Shown here one piece after another: positions 52,946 through 62,531 of a DNA stretch of 64,000 bases (its first letter is position 1; the number at the start of each line of letters is the position of its first letter). The DNA comes from a virus. Its lineage: Duplodnaviria; Caudoviricetes. The notes below the pieces were generated by a model. It worked only from the letters and a program-made list of their open reading frames with translations, searched no databases and was not told the DNA's origin. Made by a program: the position numbers and the translations under genes. The stretch lies in the IMG/VR virus record IMGVR_UViG_3300006155_000013, positions 1 to 64,000 of that record; one strand, given 5' to 3'.

Positions 52946-54677
52946 GCGGGAGCTCCAGCGGCTGATTGAGCTCTTTTTGCAGGCGGAGACGGATATCATC
53001 AACGAGATCGGCCGCCTGCGCTCCCTGGGCCTGGTGGACTACCACGCGGAGGCCGCGCTGGAGCGGGTCCAGGCCATCCTGCGGAAGCTGGAGACGGACT
53101 GCTGGACCTATGTGCCCCGGATGATCGAAACCCAGTTCTACGTCCGCCATCCAGAGGCCCGCAGGCCCCTGGAGGAGCCGGAGACGCCGGAGAAGCACCT
53201 GCGGGCCTATCAGAACGCCCGCTCCCTCACTGGGGAGCAGACGGACATCGCCGCCCGCCTGACCATGAACCTCATGGGGCAGATCACGGAGGCGGACGCC
53301 GTCGCCGCGGCCACCCTCGCGGACGCCCTCCTGGGCCGGGCGGAGCCGGACGTCTTCCGCCGCACCGGCCTGGAGCAGACCGCCCGCATGGCGGCGGCGG
53401 GCCGGGGGGCGTACCGGGCTCTGCCGGGGTTCGTGGAGGCCCTGCGCCGGGAGGGCGTGACGGCCTTCGTGGACAGGGCGGGGCGGCGCTGGAGCCTCCA
53501 CACCTACGGAAGCATGGTCCTGCGGACCACCAGCCGTCAGGCGGAGATCATGGCCGTGCTGACAGCGGACCCGGACCACGACCTCTACCAGATCAGCGCC
53601 CACGGCACCACCTGCCGCCTGTGCGCGGGTCTGGAGGGCCGGGTGTACTCCAAAAGCGGCACGGACCCGGATTTCCCGCCCCTCGCGGCGGCCTTCGGGA
53701 AGATGGACCCGGCTGGGCCGGACACCCTCGCCAACTCCTGGCTGAACATCCACCCCAACTGCCTCCACCAGCTCCGCCGCTGGACGCCCATGGGCCGTAG
53801 CGCGGAGGAGGTGCAGAAGATCAAGGACTTCTCCAGCTTTGAGAAAAATCCTCCGGACCGGGACCCCAGGACCGAGAAGCAGATCCGGGCGTACCGGGAG
53901 AAGGAGGCGAACCGCGCCCGCTATCTCCGGGACTACCGGCAGTGGGAGCAGTACCGGGAGGCCCTGGGGAAGGCCGCGCCGGGGACCTTCGAGACCTTCC
54001 GGCGGCACAAGTACGCCGTTACGGACCCGGAGACCGGGAAGCGGGGCGGGGATGAGAAGTTCAGAGGGTGGGCGGCGGCGTACCGGAAGAGGAACGGCCT
54101 TGCAAATCTCGCCGAACGTGATATACTGAAAGATACAAGGTACAAGGCAATTCCGGTCACAGATGAAGCCATCCAGCGCGTCCCGCGAATCAGGCCGCAG
54201 GGCTGGAGCGCCAAGCAGGCGGAACAGCTACAGGAGGCCCACCGGGAGCTGCTTCGGGCTGTGAAAGATAAACCGGTGGGGACGGAGGCCGGGGCGGTTT
54301 ATACGCCGGATATGCAGCTAATCGAGCGGCGTGTTGGAAAAGATGCAGACCAGACGGTTTCACTGCCGCATTGCACACTGCCGCATATTTCGATTCACAG
54401 TCATCCAAGCGGAGAGGTTTTCAGCGCTAAAGATTTGGAAACCTTCTTCTATAACGAAAACATGAATGGTATGACCGTAGTTGGGAATTCCGGGAAGGTA
54501 TACGCCATCCTGAAATCTGCGGAATACGACGGATTTCGGTTTGGCGCGGCATTTTTTGATATGTCGATTCAATTAAAGGCCGCTGTGAAAGATCAAGAAC
54601 CGGATAGATATATCAATATCATAAAAAATTTTCTGAAAGGAGCGTCCCAATATGGAGCATACTTTGTCGAAAGCTGA
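52917..54677 (+). CDS. Minor capsid (MuF-like) protein with C-terminal JAB-like extension, putative toxin
   Basis: ISAHG.TC.LC...EGRVY, HPNC.H; C-terminal HSHPSGEVFSAKD in a lower-GC patch. Confidence 0.85.
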   Translation: MPKLTRGPAERELQRLIELFLQAETDIINEIGRLRSLGLVDYHAEAALERVQAILRKLETDCWTYVPRMIETQFYVRHPEARRPLEEPETPEKHLRAYQNARSLTGEQTDIAARLTMNLMGQITEADAVAAATLADALLGRAEPDVFRRTGLEQTARMAAAGRGAYRALPGFVEALRREGVTAFVDRAGRRWSLHTYGSMVLRTTSRQAEIMAVLTADPDHDLYQISAHGTTCRLCAGLEGRVYSKSGTDPDFPPLAAAFGKMDPAGPDTLANSWLNIHPNCLHQLRRWTPMGRSAEEVQKIKDFSSFEKNPPDRDPRTEKQIRAYREKEANRARYLRDYRQWEQYREALGKAAPGTFETFRRHKYAVTDPETGKRGGDEKFRGWAAAYRKRNGLANLAERDILKDTRYKAIPVTDEAIQRVPRIRPQGWSAKQAEQLQEAHRELLRAVKDKPVGTEAGAVYTPDMQLIERRVGKDADQTVSLPHCTLPHISIHSHPSGEVFSAKDLETFFYNENMNGMTVVGNSGKVYAILKSAEYDGFRFGAAFFDMSIQLKAAVKDQEPDRYINIIKNFLKGASQYGAYFVES

Positions 54678-54831
54678 ACGTAAAGAGCTTGAGGACGCGC
54701 TGGCGGCCGCCATACCGTACACAGAAGATGAGATGTGTGTACTGGATGGGGAAGAAGATTTGGATAGGATAAGAGCCACACTGGCAAAGAAGCTTCTTGA
54801 AATGGCGGGGGAGAACAAGGAGGAGCCATGA
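54652..54831 (+). CDS. 59-aa acidic protein, candidate immunity (not in the ORF track)
   Basis: MEHTLSKAERKELEDALAAAIPYTEDE...; overlaps the toxin 3' end. Confidence 0.6.
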   Translation: MEHTLSKAERKELEDALAAAIPYTEDEMCVLDGEEDLDRIRATLAKKLLEMAGENKEEP

Positions 54832-54956
54832 CGCAGCAAATGATCCGCTGCATAGAGGCGGCCCTCGCGGCGGGGCACCGGGTGCAGCTCAAGCAGCTCA
54901 AGGACGGTACCATCAAGGTACAGATCGTGTTCCAGAAGGAACTGAAAATTTCATAA
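54828..54956 (+). CDS. 42-aa hypothetical protein (not in the ORF track)
   Basis: RBS AGGAGG, ATGA overlap; MTQQMIRCIEAALAAGHRVQLK. Confidence 0.6.
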   Translation: MTQQMIRCIEAALAAGHRVQLKQLKDGTIKVQIVFQKELKIS

Positions 54957-54995
54957 CGCGCCCACGGTATAATGGGATACCGGGAAGGACCGATC

Positions 54996-55036
54996 GGGGT
55001 CAGCTTGCGGGGAAACCTGCGGGCTGACCCCCTTTT
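54996..55036 (+). terminator. Long hairpin plus U-tract before the DUF2213 gene
   Basis: GGGGTCAGCTTGCGGG-gaaa-CCTGCGGGCTGACCCC then CTTTT. Confidence 0.65.
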
Positions 55037-55054
55037 ATTTTGCGAGGTGATGGA

Positions 55055-56233
55055 ATGCTTGCCTACTACGGCACGAAAATCTCCCCCCACATGACGGACA
55101 CGCCGGAGGGATATCTGATCTGCCACGACGTGGCCATCGCCCGGACGGGGGATATGGCCTACCGCGCAGCGGAGCTGGGGTTGGAGGGGGACCCGGACCG
55201 TGCGGTCACTGTGCGGCGGTACGCGGAGGACGTCTTCGACCCGGCGGCGGTGGCGAGCTTTGAGGGCAAGGATGTCACAGCGGGCCATCCGGCGGAGAGC
55301 GTGGGCCCGGCCAACCACGGGGCCTACTCCAAGGGCCATGTACAGAATGTACGCCGGGAGGGGGAGTATCTCACGGCGGACCTGCTGATCAAGGACGCCG
55401 CGCTCATCAGCGACATCAAAAACGGCGTGGTGCGGGAAGTCAGCTGCGGATATCTGTGCAGCTACACGCCGGAGGGGGACCACTACCGGCAGGAGCACAT
55501 CCGGGGCAATCACGTGGCCGTCGTGCCCAGAGGGCGGGCAGGCCGCGAGGTGGCGATACAAGATTCGGCGCAGGACGCCGGGAAAGGAACGAATACCATG
55601 AGCAAATTTGCGAAGGCCATCCTCACCGCCTTTGGCCTGGCGGCGAAGGAGGCCCAGGACGAGGCGGAGGTCCACTCCCTGGTGGACACCGCCATGACCG
55701 CGCTGGACGCCGAACCCGCCGGGGAGACCGCCCCTGCGCCGGAGGCCGCACCCGCGGTCGAGACCCCCGCGGCGGATGCCGCTCCCAGCGCCCTAGAGGG
55801 CAAGCTGGACGAGGTGATCCGCCTGCTGAAGGCCCGGGACAGCGAGAACCCCACCGGCGTGGAGGCGCTGGACAGACTGATCGAGGGCCTGAAGGAGAAG
55901 GAGGAGGAGAAGGAGCCGGAAGTCGTCCCCGCAGGCGGGGCAGAGGACGCGCCCCTCACCGGCGGGGCCCGGGACGCGGCCATGGCCATCCTCAAGCACG
56001 TGCGGCCGGCGGTGGCCTCCATCGAGGACGCAGCCACCCGCTCCAAGGTGGCGGACGCCCTGCTGGAGGCGGTCCGGAGCCCCGGCGCCCTGGAGGCCAT
56101 TGCCCAGGCGTCCCGGGAGAGCGCCCGGAGCGCCGCCGACGCCGCCGGGCAGACCAGCTTTGACAAGCTCTGCGCGGAGCAGAAGGCGGCCTACGACGCC
56201 CGCAACCCCCACAAAAAGAAGGAGGACAACTGA
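55055..56233 (+). CDS. DUF2213 prohead protease/scaffold protein
   Basis: TPEGYLIC.DV.IARTG, SFEGK.VT.GHP, EVSCGY, GNHVAVV..GRAG. Confidence 0.9.
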   Translation: MLAYYGTKISPHMTDTPEGYLICHDVAIARTGDMAYRAAELGLEGDPDRAVTVRRYAEDVFDPAAVASFEGKDVTAGHPAESVGPANHGAYSKGHVQNVRREGEYLTADLLIKDAALISDIKNGVVREVSCGYLCSYTPEGDHYRQEHIRGNHVAVVPRGRAGREVAIQDSAQDAGKGTNTMSKFAKAILTAFGLAAKEAQDEAEVHSLVDTAMTALDAEPAGETAPAPEAAPAVETPAADAAPSALEGKLDEVIRLLKARDSENPTGVEALDRLIEGLKEKEEEKEPEVVPAGGAEDAPLTGGARDAAMAILKHVRPAVASIEDAATRSKVADALLEAVRSPGALEAIAQASRESARSAADAAGQTSFDKLCAEQKAAYDARNPHKKKEDN

Positions 56234-56234
56234 T

Positions 56235-56744
56235 ATGGGACTGAAGCCTCAGAACATCGGGGCCGCAATGCCCCACGGATATGCCGGGAGCTACGCCCGG
56301 CAGCCGGACATGATCGTGACCACCCGCCCCGCCGGGGCGGAGCTGGTCTTCGGCGCGGCGGCGAAGTATAACGCCGCCGGGGCCGTGGTGCCCATGGGCG
56401 CGGGCGACGCCGCTTCGGCCTTCGTTGGCGTTGCCGCCCGGGAGGTAAAGAGCGCCCTCAGCTATCTGGACCAGAACGTGGGCCGGTACGCGGAGAAGGA
56501 GGCCGTCCCCGTCTTTCAGCGGGGGTCCATCAACGTCATCTGTCAGAAGGGCACGCCCAAGCTGGGCGGTGCGGTGTATATCCGCATCGCGGCGAACGAA
56601 AGCTACCCCACCGCCGCCGTGGGCGGCTTCGAGGCGGAGGCGGACGACAAGAATACCGTACAGCTGACGAACTGCCAATGGGCGGGCCCGGCGGACGCCG
56701 GGAAGGTGGCGGAACTGCGCATCCTCACCATGACGAACGCGTAA
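56235..56744 (+). CDS. Capsid cement/decoration protein (Gp24-like)
   Basis: Between DUF2213 and MCP; G..V..RG.I.V motif. Confidence 0.75.
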   Translation: MGLKPQNIGAAMPHGYAGSYARQPDMIVTTRPAGAELVFGAAAKYNAAGAVVPMGAGDAASAFVGVAAREVKSALSYLDQNVGRYAEKEAVPVFQRGSINVICQKGTPKLGGAVYIRIAANESYPTAAVGGFEAEADDKNTVQLTNCQWAGPADAGKVAELRILTMTNA

Positions 56745-56757
56745 GGAGGACGAGACG

Positions 56758-57801
56758 ATGAACTATCAGAACATGGGGACCTTTGACGGCGGCGTCGTGG
56801 GCGGTGTGCGCGCCGGCGGCGCGGCCCGGGGCGGCGTGCTGACTTTGGACGAGGCCGCTATCGCAAGCGGCGGAGCGTTCCTCCGCTCGGAGCTGGAGAA
56901 GCGGGATCCCCTCATCCGCACCCCGCTCACCAGCTTCACCTACCCCAGAGACATCAGCGTCAGCGTGGGCGGCGGCTGGGTGGACGCCATCTCCGCACAG
57001 GCCGTGGGCTACGGCGTCACCGGAGGGAGCGGGGAGAGCCCGGTGGGCTCCGGCGGGGCCAACGGCATTCCCGTGGTCAACGCCAACGTGACCAACGGCC
57101 TCTACAAGGCCCACGTCTTTCAGCTCGCCCTGAAGGTACTGTTCGTGGATATGCAGAAGGCCAACTACACCGGCCGCTCCCTGGACAGCCTCCTCACCGA
57201 CGGCGTCCGCATGACCTACGACAAGCACATGGACCAGAACGTCTATCTGGGCCTGCCCGCCTACGGTACTACGGGGCTCCTCAACTGCCCCGACGCCGTG
57301 GAGACGACTGTGGCCGGAAACGGCGCGGCTACGGTTTCCACCAAGTGGAAGGACAAGACGCCGGACCAGATCCTCGCGGATGTGAACGCGGCCCTCATCG
57401 CCAACTGGGCGGCGGCGGAGTACGACGATAGCGCCCTGCCCAACCACATTCTCCTGCCCTACGAGCAGTACACCCACATCCTGACCACCAAGGTGACGGA
57501 CCTCGCCACGGACACCATTCTGGACTATCTCCTGCGCAACAACGCGGCGGTGAAGAACGGCGGCTCCCTCTACATCGGGGCCACCCGCTGGTGCAAGGGC
57601 GCGGGGACCGGCGGCACGGACCGCATGGCGGTCTATTGCAACCGGGAGCGGTTCGTGAGCGTGGAGGAGCTGGTGCCCCTCAGCCGGGTGATGAGCACCC
57701 CCAACGCGGCGGAGGCGTGCTACGACACCGCCTACATGGCCAACCTCTCGGAGGTGGAGGTCTTCTATCCCCAGACCATCGCCTACTACGACGGCATTTA
57801 A
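56758..57801 (+). CDS. Major capsid protein (DUF2184/encapsulin-like)
   Basis: FL.SELEK.DP....P, GLLN, PNHILLP..QY; position. Confidence 0.9.
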   Translation: MNYQNMGTFDGGVVGGVRAGGAARGGVLTLDEAAIASGGAFLRSELEKRDPLIRTPLTSFTYPRDISVSVGGGWVDAISAQAVGYGVTGGSGESPVGSGGANGIPVVNANVTNGLYKAHVFQLALKVLFVDMQKANYTGRSLDSLLTDGVRMTYDKHMDQNVYLGLPAYGTTGLLNCPDAVETTVAGNGAATVSTKWKDKTPDQILADVNAALIANWAAAEYDDSALPNHILLPYEQYTHILTTKVTDLATDTILDYLLRNNAAVKNGGSLYIGATRWCKGAGTGGTDRMAVYCNRERFVSVEELVPLSRVMSTPNAAEACYDTAYMANLSEVEVFYPQTIAYYDGI

Positions 57802-57814
57802 GGAGGATGCGGAT

Positions 57815-58093
57815 ATGATCGTGGTATCCAAGAGAAATATCATCCTCCCCGGCCCCAACGGGGAGGCGTTCCATATGCCCCGGGATTACATGGGGCCCGT
57901 CCCGGAATGGGCGGAGAAGTCCGCCTACTTCCAGGCTCTGGTATCGGACGGCAAAGTCATCGTCTCCGCCGGGAAAGCCTCCGGTGGGAAGGGGAAGGGT
58001 GCAAAAAAGTCCTCTGCTCCCCAGGAGGATCCCCCGAAAGAGGACCAGCCCCAGCCTGATCCGCCCGCCGGTGGTCCCGGCGACGCAGAATGA
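57815..58093 (+). CDS. Small head-associated protein with disordered C-terminus
   Basis: RBS AGGAGG after MCP. Confidence 0.65.
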   Translation: MIVVSKRNIILPGPNGEAFHMPRDYMGPVPEWAEKSAYFQALVSDGKVIVSAGKASGGKGKGAKKSSAPQEDPPKEDQPQPDPPAGGPGDAE

Positions 58094-58581
58094 AGCCCCA
58101 GTTCCAGGGCGTCCGGGCCGCGGCGGCGAACCTCAGCGAGGGCCGGGGGAATTACACTGCGGAGATGTTCCGGGAGGATTTTCCACAATTTTTCAATCCC
58201 CCTGTGGAAGATGAGCCTGTTGTATGCCACGTCCCGCCGGTGATGCTGGAGGAGTTCCTCCGCATCGCCAACGCCTCCGTCACCCCGGACCGTTTCCTGG
58301 ACGGCTGGAGGTACTGCTGCGGGCTGTATGTGGCCCATCAGGCGGCGCTGTACCTGCGCACCTACGCGGAGAGCTCCGCCACCCCCGCACAGGCCGCCGC
58401 CACGGGCGCTCTGGTGGGGGTGGTGAAGAGCGCCGCCCTGGGGGACAGCTCCGTCACCTACGACACCGACGCCCTCACGAAAGCAACGGCGGACTGGGGG
58501 GACCTCAACGCCACCCAGTACGGGCAGATATTGGCCACCCGGGCCCGGCTCGCGGGGATGGGAGGGACGTACATCCTATGA
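58090..58581 (+). CDS. Head-tail adaptor (DUF4054)
   Basis: F..DFPQF, GLYVAH, VSV.YD, W.DLNAT.YGQ. Confidence 0.85.
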   Translation: MKPQFQGVRAAAANLSEGRGNYTAEMFREDFPQFFNPPVEDEPVVCHVPPVMLEEFLRIANASVTPDRFLDGWRYCCGLYVAHQAALYLRTYAESSATPAQAAATGALVGVVKSAALGDSSVTYDTDALTKATADWGDLNATQYGQILATRARLAGMGGTYIL

Positions 58582-59045
58582 ATTTTCAGGACTGGTACAC
58601 CGACCGCATGGAGGTACGGCGGGTGTGCTCCGTGCAGGAGGGCGCTCTGACGGTCCAGCAGCGGGAGGTGGTGGCAAAGGAGATCCCCTGCCGCATCTAC
58701 CGCGCAGGGGTCCACCCGCCCCGGATGCAGTCCACCGCCGCCTACACGGAAGGGGAGGACAAGGTCTGCTGCGCCAATGAGGTGGACATCCGGGCCGGGG
58801 ACGAGCTGCTGATCCGCCGTGGGGCGGCTCTGGGGCAGACCCGGCAGACGGTCCGGGCCTTCGCCGGGGAGCCGGTGTACTACTACGAACCATTTGGGGC
58901 GGTGCTCCCGGGCCTCGCCCACCAGGAGGCCGCTCTGCTGGAGCAGGAATACCTGGATGCGGAGAAGGAGGCAGAGGAAGATGGCGCTGGGGGATGCGAT
59001 TCAGAAGCGGATGGAGGAGCTGTCCAAGCGGCAGGCGGCGTTTGA
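58578..59045 (+). CDS. Head closure protein
   Basis: MNFQDWYTDRM.V.R...IPCRIY...DIRAGDEL. Confidence 0.7.
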   Translation: MNFQDWYTDRMEVRRVCSVQEGALTVQQREVVAKEIPCRIYRAGVHPPRMQSTAAYTEGEDKVCCANEVDIRAGDELLIRRGAALGQTRQTVRAFAGEPVYYYEPFGAVLPGLAHQEAALLEQEYLDAEKEAEEDGAGGCDSEADGGAVQAAGGV

Positions 59046-59487
59046 CGCCCGCTTAGCCGCTGTCGCGGAGGGCGCGACCCTCCGGGCAGTGGAGGAGGCG
59101 CAGGACAACACGCCGCCTAACACCTTTGAGGAGGATGAGCTCCGGGGCGTCCATATGATAACCGGCGCGATGGCCAGTCACTGGGGAACGGACAGTCAGA
59201 CCGCCCCCACTCGTGTCGGGAGCAGTTACGTGACCGCTCTTGCCAACAACCAGGAGTACGCAAGCTACGTCAACGACGGCCACCGGCAGGACAAGCACTT
59301 TGTCCCCGGGCTGTATGTGGACGAGGACGGCCTCCTCTCCCGGGACCCGGGCCGTCCCGGCGGCATGATGGTTGGCACCAGGACCTCCTACGTCCCCGGC
59401 CTGTATATGAAGGAAAAGGCCGGGGAGCGGTACCGCGAGACGGTGGAGGCAGAGCTCCCCGGTTTGGCAAAGGAGATGCTGGAATGA
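58981..59487 (+). CDS. HK97 gp10-like neck protein
   Basis: N.QEYASYVNDGHR...G..M motifs. Confidence 0.8.
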   Translation: MALGDAIQKRMEELSKRQAAFDARLAAVAEGATLRAVEEAQDNTPPNTFEEDELRGVHMITGAMASHWGTDSQTAPTRVGSSYVTALANNQEYASYVNDGHRQDKHFVPGLYVDEDGLLSRDPGRPGGMMVGTRTSYVPGLYMKEKAGERYRETVEAELPGLAKEMLE

Positions 59488-59939
59488 TTTTTACCTTCCC
59501 CGCCCTGTCCCGGTCCTTGGCGGACTGCCTCGCGCCGGACCTGCCCGGGGTGCGGTTTTTTGCCGGCCCCACCCAGCAGGGCGCAAAACCGCCGATGCTG
59601 TTCCTCCGGCAGACCCACGCCTCCATCTCCCCGCAGACCGGGGACCGCTTCCTGCGGAAGTTGGGGCTGGATCTGGTATATCTGGAGCAGTTCAACCGCC
59701 TGGGAGCCGACAGCCGTCTGCAAGAGGCGGCTGACGTGCTGGACCTGCGACTGGAGGTATTCCCCTACCGGAGCGCCCCCGGAGAGGAGCCGGTCCTTCT
59801 GCGGACCTATGACCGGAGCTGGGAGATCGCGGACAGTGCGCTCCACTACAAATTCCAACTGCGCCTGCGCCTGACGGCGGCGGAGGACGCGGCGCTCATG
59901 CGCTCCATCCAGGAGCTGAACATGGAGGTCGACCCATGA
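59484..59939 (+). CDS. Tail terminator-like protein
   Basis: Position before the sheath; LHYKFQL C-terminus. Confidence 0.65.
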   Translation: MIFTFPALSRSLADCLAPDLPGVRFFAGPTQQGAKPPMLFLRQTHASISPQTGDRFLRKLGLDLVYLEQFNRLGADSRLQEAADVLDLRLEVFPYRSAPGEEPVLLRTYDRSWEIADSALHYKFQLRLRLTAAEDAALMRSIQELNMEVDP

Positions 59940-60103
59940 AAGAGACGGAAAAGACGTACCCCACCGAGGCCCTGCTCCAGAGCAAGGCCCTCGCGGGCTA
60001 CCAGAAAGACTTCGCCCGGGCGCTGCTGCCCAAGAGCGCCTACTCCCTCCGGGAGGCGAAGCAGATTTTAGACAAATTCTTCAACAAGCGGGGTGACGCA
60101 TAA
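59936..60103 (+). CDS. Small protein before the sheath (not in the ORF track)
   Basis: MKETEKTYPTEALLQSK...YS..EA..IL.KF; ATGA/TAATG overlaps. Confidence 0.7.
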   Translation: MKETEKTYPTEALLQSKALAGYQKDFARALLPKSAYSLREAKQILDKFFNKRGDA

Positions 60104-61449
60104 TGGCGGGCGGCAACTGGACGGCCCAGAACAAGGTCCGTCCCGGCATCTACATCAACTTCACCAGCCGGGGCAGCGTCGGCCTCACCCCCGGTTCACG
60201 GGGGACCTTAGCGGCGTGCAGGGCCCTCTCCTGGGGGCCGGTGGGACAGCTCATGACCATCGGCGCGGGGGAGAAGCTCACGCCCTACACCGGCTATGAC
60301 ATCACCGCGCCCCAGTGCCGCTTCCTCCGGGAGGCGTTCAAGGGCACGGATGTCACCGGCGGACCTACCAAGGTTCTCCTCTACCGTCCGGAGGCGGCGG
60401 GGGCCGCGGCGGCGTCCGCGTCCCTGGGGGAGGGCGGCGTCACGGTGACAGCCCTGTACCCCGGCGTTCGGGGAAACGACATCTCCCTCACCGTCACCGA
60501 GGACGTGGACCAGCCGGGCACCTTCACTGTGGCCACCTACGTCGACGGCGTCCAGGTGGACGCTCAGACAGTCAAGACGGCGGCGGAGCTGGTCCCCAAC
60601 GCCTGGGCGGCGTTCTCCGGCGCCGGGACCCTCGCCGCTGTGGCGGGCGTCACCCTCACCGGCGGCGCGGACGGGACGGTGGGCGACACGGCCTACGCCT
60701 CCTTCCTGGAGGCCCTGGAGCCCTACAGCTTCGACGTGCTGGTCTATGACGGCGGCTCCGCCCCCGTGCGGGACGCCATGATCTCCTTCGTCAAGCGCAT
60801 CTCCTCCCAGGCCGGGCGCTATACCCAGCTCGCCCTCACCGGGGCCAAGAACGCAGACAGCCCCTTTGTCATCAACTGCGCCAGCGGCGTGGTGCTGGAC
60901 GGCGGCGACACCCTCACGCCCCAGGAGGCGCTCTGGTGGCTCGCCGGAGCCCAGGCCGGGGCTCAGTACTACCAGACCCTCACCTACGCCCGCTATCCCG
61001 GCGCGGTGGACGTCTCCCCCCGCCTCACCGGCACTCAGATCGAGGAGGCCATCCTCGCCGGGGACCTGGTGCTCTCGGAGGAGTTCGGGCGGGTCCGCAT
61101 CGAGACGGACATCAACACCCTCACCACGGTCACGGAGACCTTCGGCCCGGCCTTCCGCAAAAACCGGACCATGCGGGCCTGCAACACCTTGGCCAACGAC
61201 ATCTACCGGGAGTTCTCTCAGAACTTCCTGGGCAAGGTCACCAACAACGCCGCCGGCCGGGCGCTCTTCCAGGCGGCCATTTTGCGCTACCTGCTGGAGA
61301 TGTACGCCCGGGGAGCCCTCCGGGAGCGTCCCGTGGGGGAGGACGTGGAGGTCCTCATGGGGGATGCCACCGACAGCCTGGTTATCAACTTGGGCCTCTA
61401 TTTGGCGGATGCCGTTGAAAAGATCTACATGACCATCACCGTGATGTAA
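60103..61449 (+). CDS. Tail sheath protein (XkdK-like)
   Basis: MAGGNW..QNKVRPGIYINF, A.YPG.RGN, DINT, EKIYMTI. Confidence 0.93.
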   Translation: MAGGNWTAQNKVRPGIYINFTSRGSVGLTPGSRGTLAACRALSWGPVGQLMTIGAGEKLTPYTGYDITAPQCRFLREAFKGTDVTGGPTKVLLYRPEAAGAAAASASLGEGGVTVTALYPGVRGNDISLTVTEDVDQPGTFTVATYVDGVQVDAQTVKTAAELVPNAWAAFSGAGTLAAVAGVTLTGGADGTVGDTAYASFLEALEPYSFDVLVYDGGSAPVRDAMISFVKRISSQAGRYTQLALTGAKNADSPFVINCASGVVLDGGDTLTPQEALWWLAGAQAGAQYYQTLTYARYPGAVDVSPRLTGTQIEEAILAGDLVLSEEFGRVRIETDINTLTTVTETFGPAFRKNRTMRACNTLANDIYREFSQNFLGKVTNNAAGRALFQAAILRYLLEMYARGALRERPVGEDVEVLMGDATDSLVINLGLYLADAVEKIYMTITVM

Positions 61450-61464
61450 GGGAGGAGAGACGAC

Positions 61465-61941
61465 ATGAGTTTTCTGCTGGAACGAGACACCCTCCACGGC
61501 GCGGCGGGGAAAGCCTTTCTCACCATCAATGGTCAGGTGAAGGAGCTCTTCGGCGCGAAGAAGGTCCAGACCCAGGCGGAGATCCAGGGCACGGACATGA
61601 AGGTCATCGGCACCAAGCGCATCCAGAACAAGCCCGGCGGCGTCAAGCAGACCGGCACCGGCACCTGCTACTACGGCACCCCCATCTTTGCCGATATCCT
61701 CGCCCGGTACGTCCGGGAGGGCGTGATGCCCTATTTCACCCTACAGACCACCAACGACGACAAGGCCACCAGCGTGGGCGTGCAGACCATCGCCTACTAC
61801 AACTGCAAGCTCTCGGGGACGGTGCCGCTGTCCGTCCTGGACGCGGAGGCCGATATGCTGACCTTCGACTTCTCCTTCACCTACGAGGACTTCGAGATCC
61901 TCAGCCGCTTCAACGACCAGCCCGCACAGTTGGGCACCTGA
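61465..61941 (+). CDS. Tail tube protein (XkdM-like)
   Basis: G.AF.TING, D..TSVG.Q, L..LDA...FTYEDF. Confidence 0.9.
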   Translation: MSFLLERDTLHGAAGKAFLTINGQVKELFGAKKVQTQAEIQGTDMKVIGTKRIQNKPGGVKQTGTGTCYYGTPIFADILARYVREGVMPYFTLQTTNDDKATSVGVQTIAYYNCKLSGTVPLSVLDAEADMLTFDFSFTYEDFEILSRFNDQPAQLGT

Positions 61942-61953
61942 TAGGAGGATACC

Positions 61954-62364
61954 ATGGACAACCTGAACGCGTTTTTGAACCCTGTACAGAGCGCCGGACC
62001 CCTGGAGGTGATAATCTCCAGGCGCTTTCTCGGCGAGGACGGCAAGCCCGTCCCCTTCAAGATCCGCCCCGTGACCCAGGAGGAGAACGACAGCCTCACC
62101 AGGAGCTCCACCCGCCGGATCAAGATGAACGGGCAGAACGTGGAGAAGCTGGACACCGCCCTCTATGGCCGCCGCCTGGTGGTGGCGGCCACGGTGGAGC
62201 CGGACTTCACCAGCGAGGCCCTTTGCAGGGCCTACGGCACCATGGACCCCCTGGAGGTGCCGGGGAAGATGCTCCTCGCCGGGGAGTACGCCTGCCTGCA
62301 AAGGGAGATCTCGGCCCTCTCCGGTTTTGACCTGGACGGCCTGGAGGACGAAGCAAAAAACTGA
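61954..62364 (+). CDS. Tail assembly chaperone (XkdN-like)
   Basis: ISRRF..EDGKPVPF.IRP.T, V.PDF, LLAGEY, ends EAKN. Confidence 0.88.
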   Translation: MDNLNAFLNPVQSAGPLEVIISRRFLGEDGKPVPFKIRPVTQEENDSLTRSSTRRIKMNGQNVEKLDTALYGRRLVVAATVEPDFTSEALCRAYGTMDPLEVPGKMLLAGEYACLQREISALSGFDLDGLEDEAKN

Positions 62365-62525
62365 TCGGCGGGGGCGACCCGGACACCCTTTTGGCCTACT
62401 ATATGTTCGTCAACCACGGGTGGCGCCCCCGGCAGGTGGCGGACCTGCCCTACCGGGAACGGGTCCTTCTGACCCAGTTCGCGCTGAAGGAGATCCGCGC
62501 CCGCGAGGCGGCAAAGAGGAGGTGA
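62355..62525 (+). other. -1 ribosomal frameshift site and chaperone extension
   Basis: Slippery A-AAA-AAC at 62355-61 just before TGA; -1 frame reads LIGGGDPDTLLAYYMFVNHGWRP... to 62525. Confidence 0.8.
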
Positions 62526-62531
62526 GCGTCT

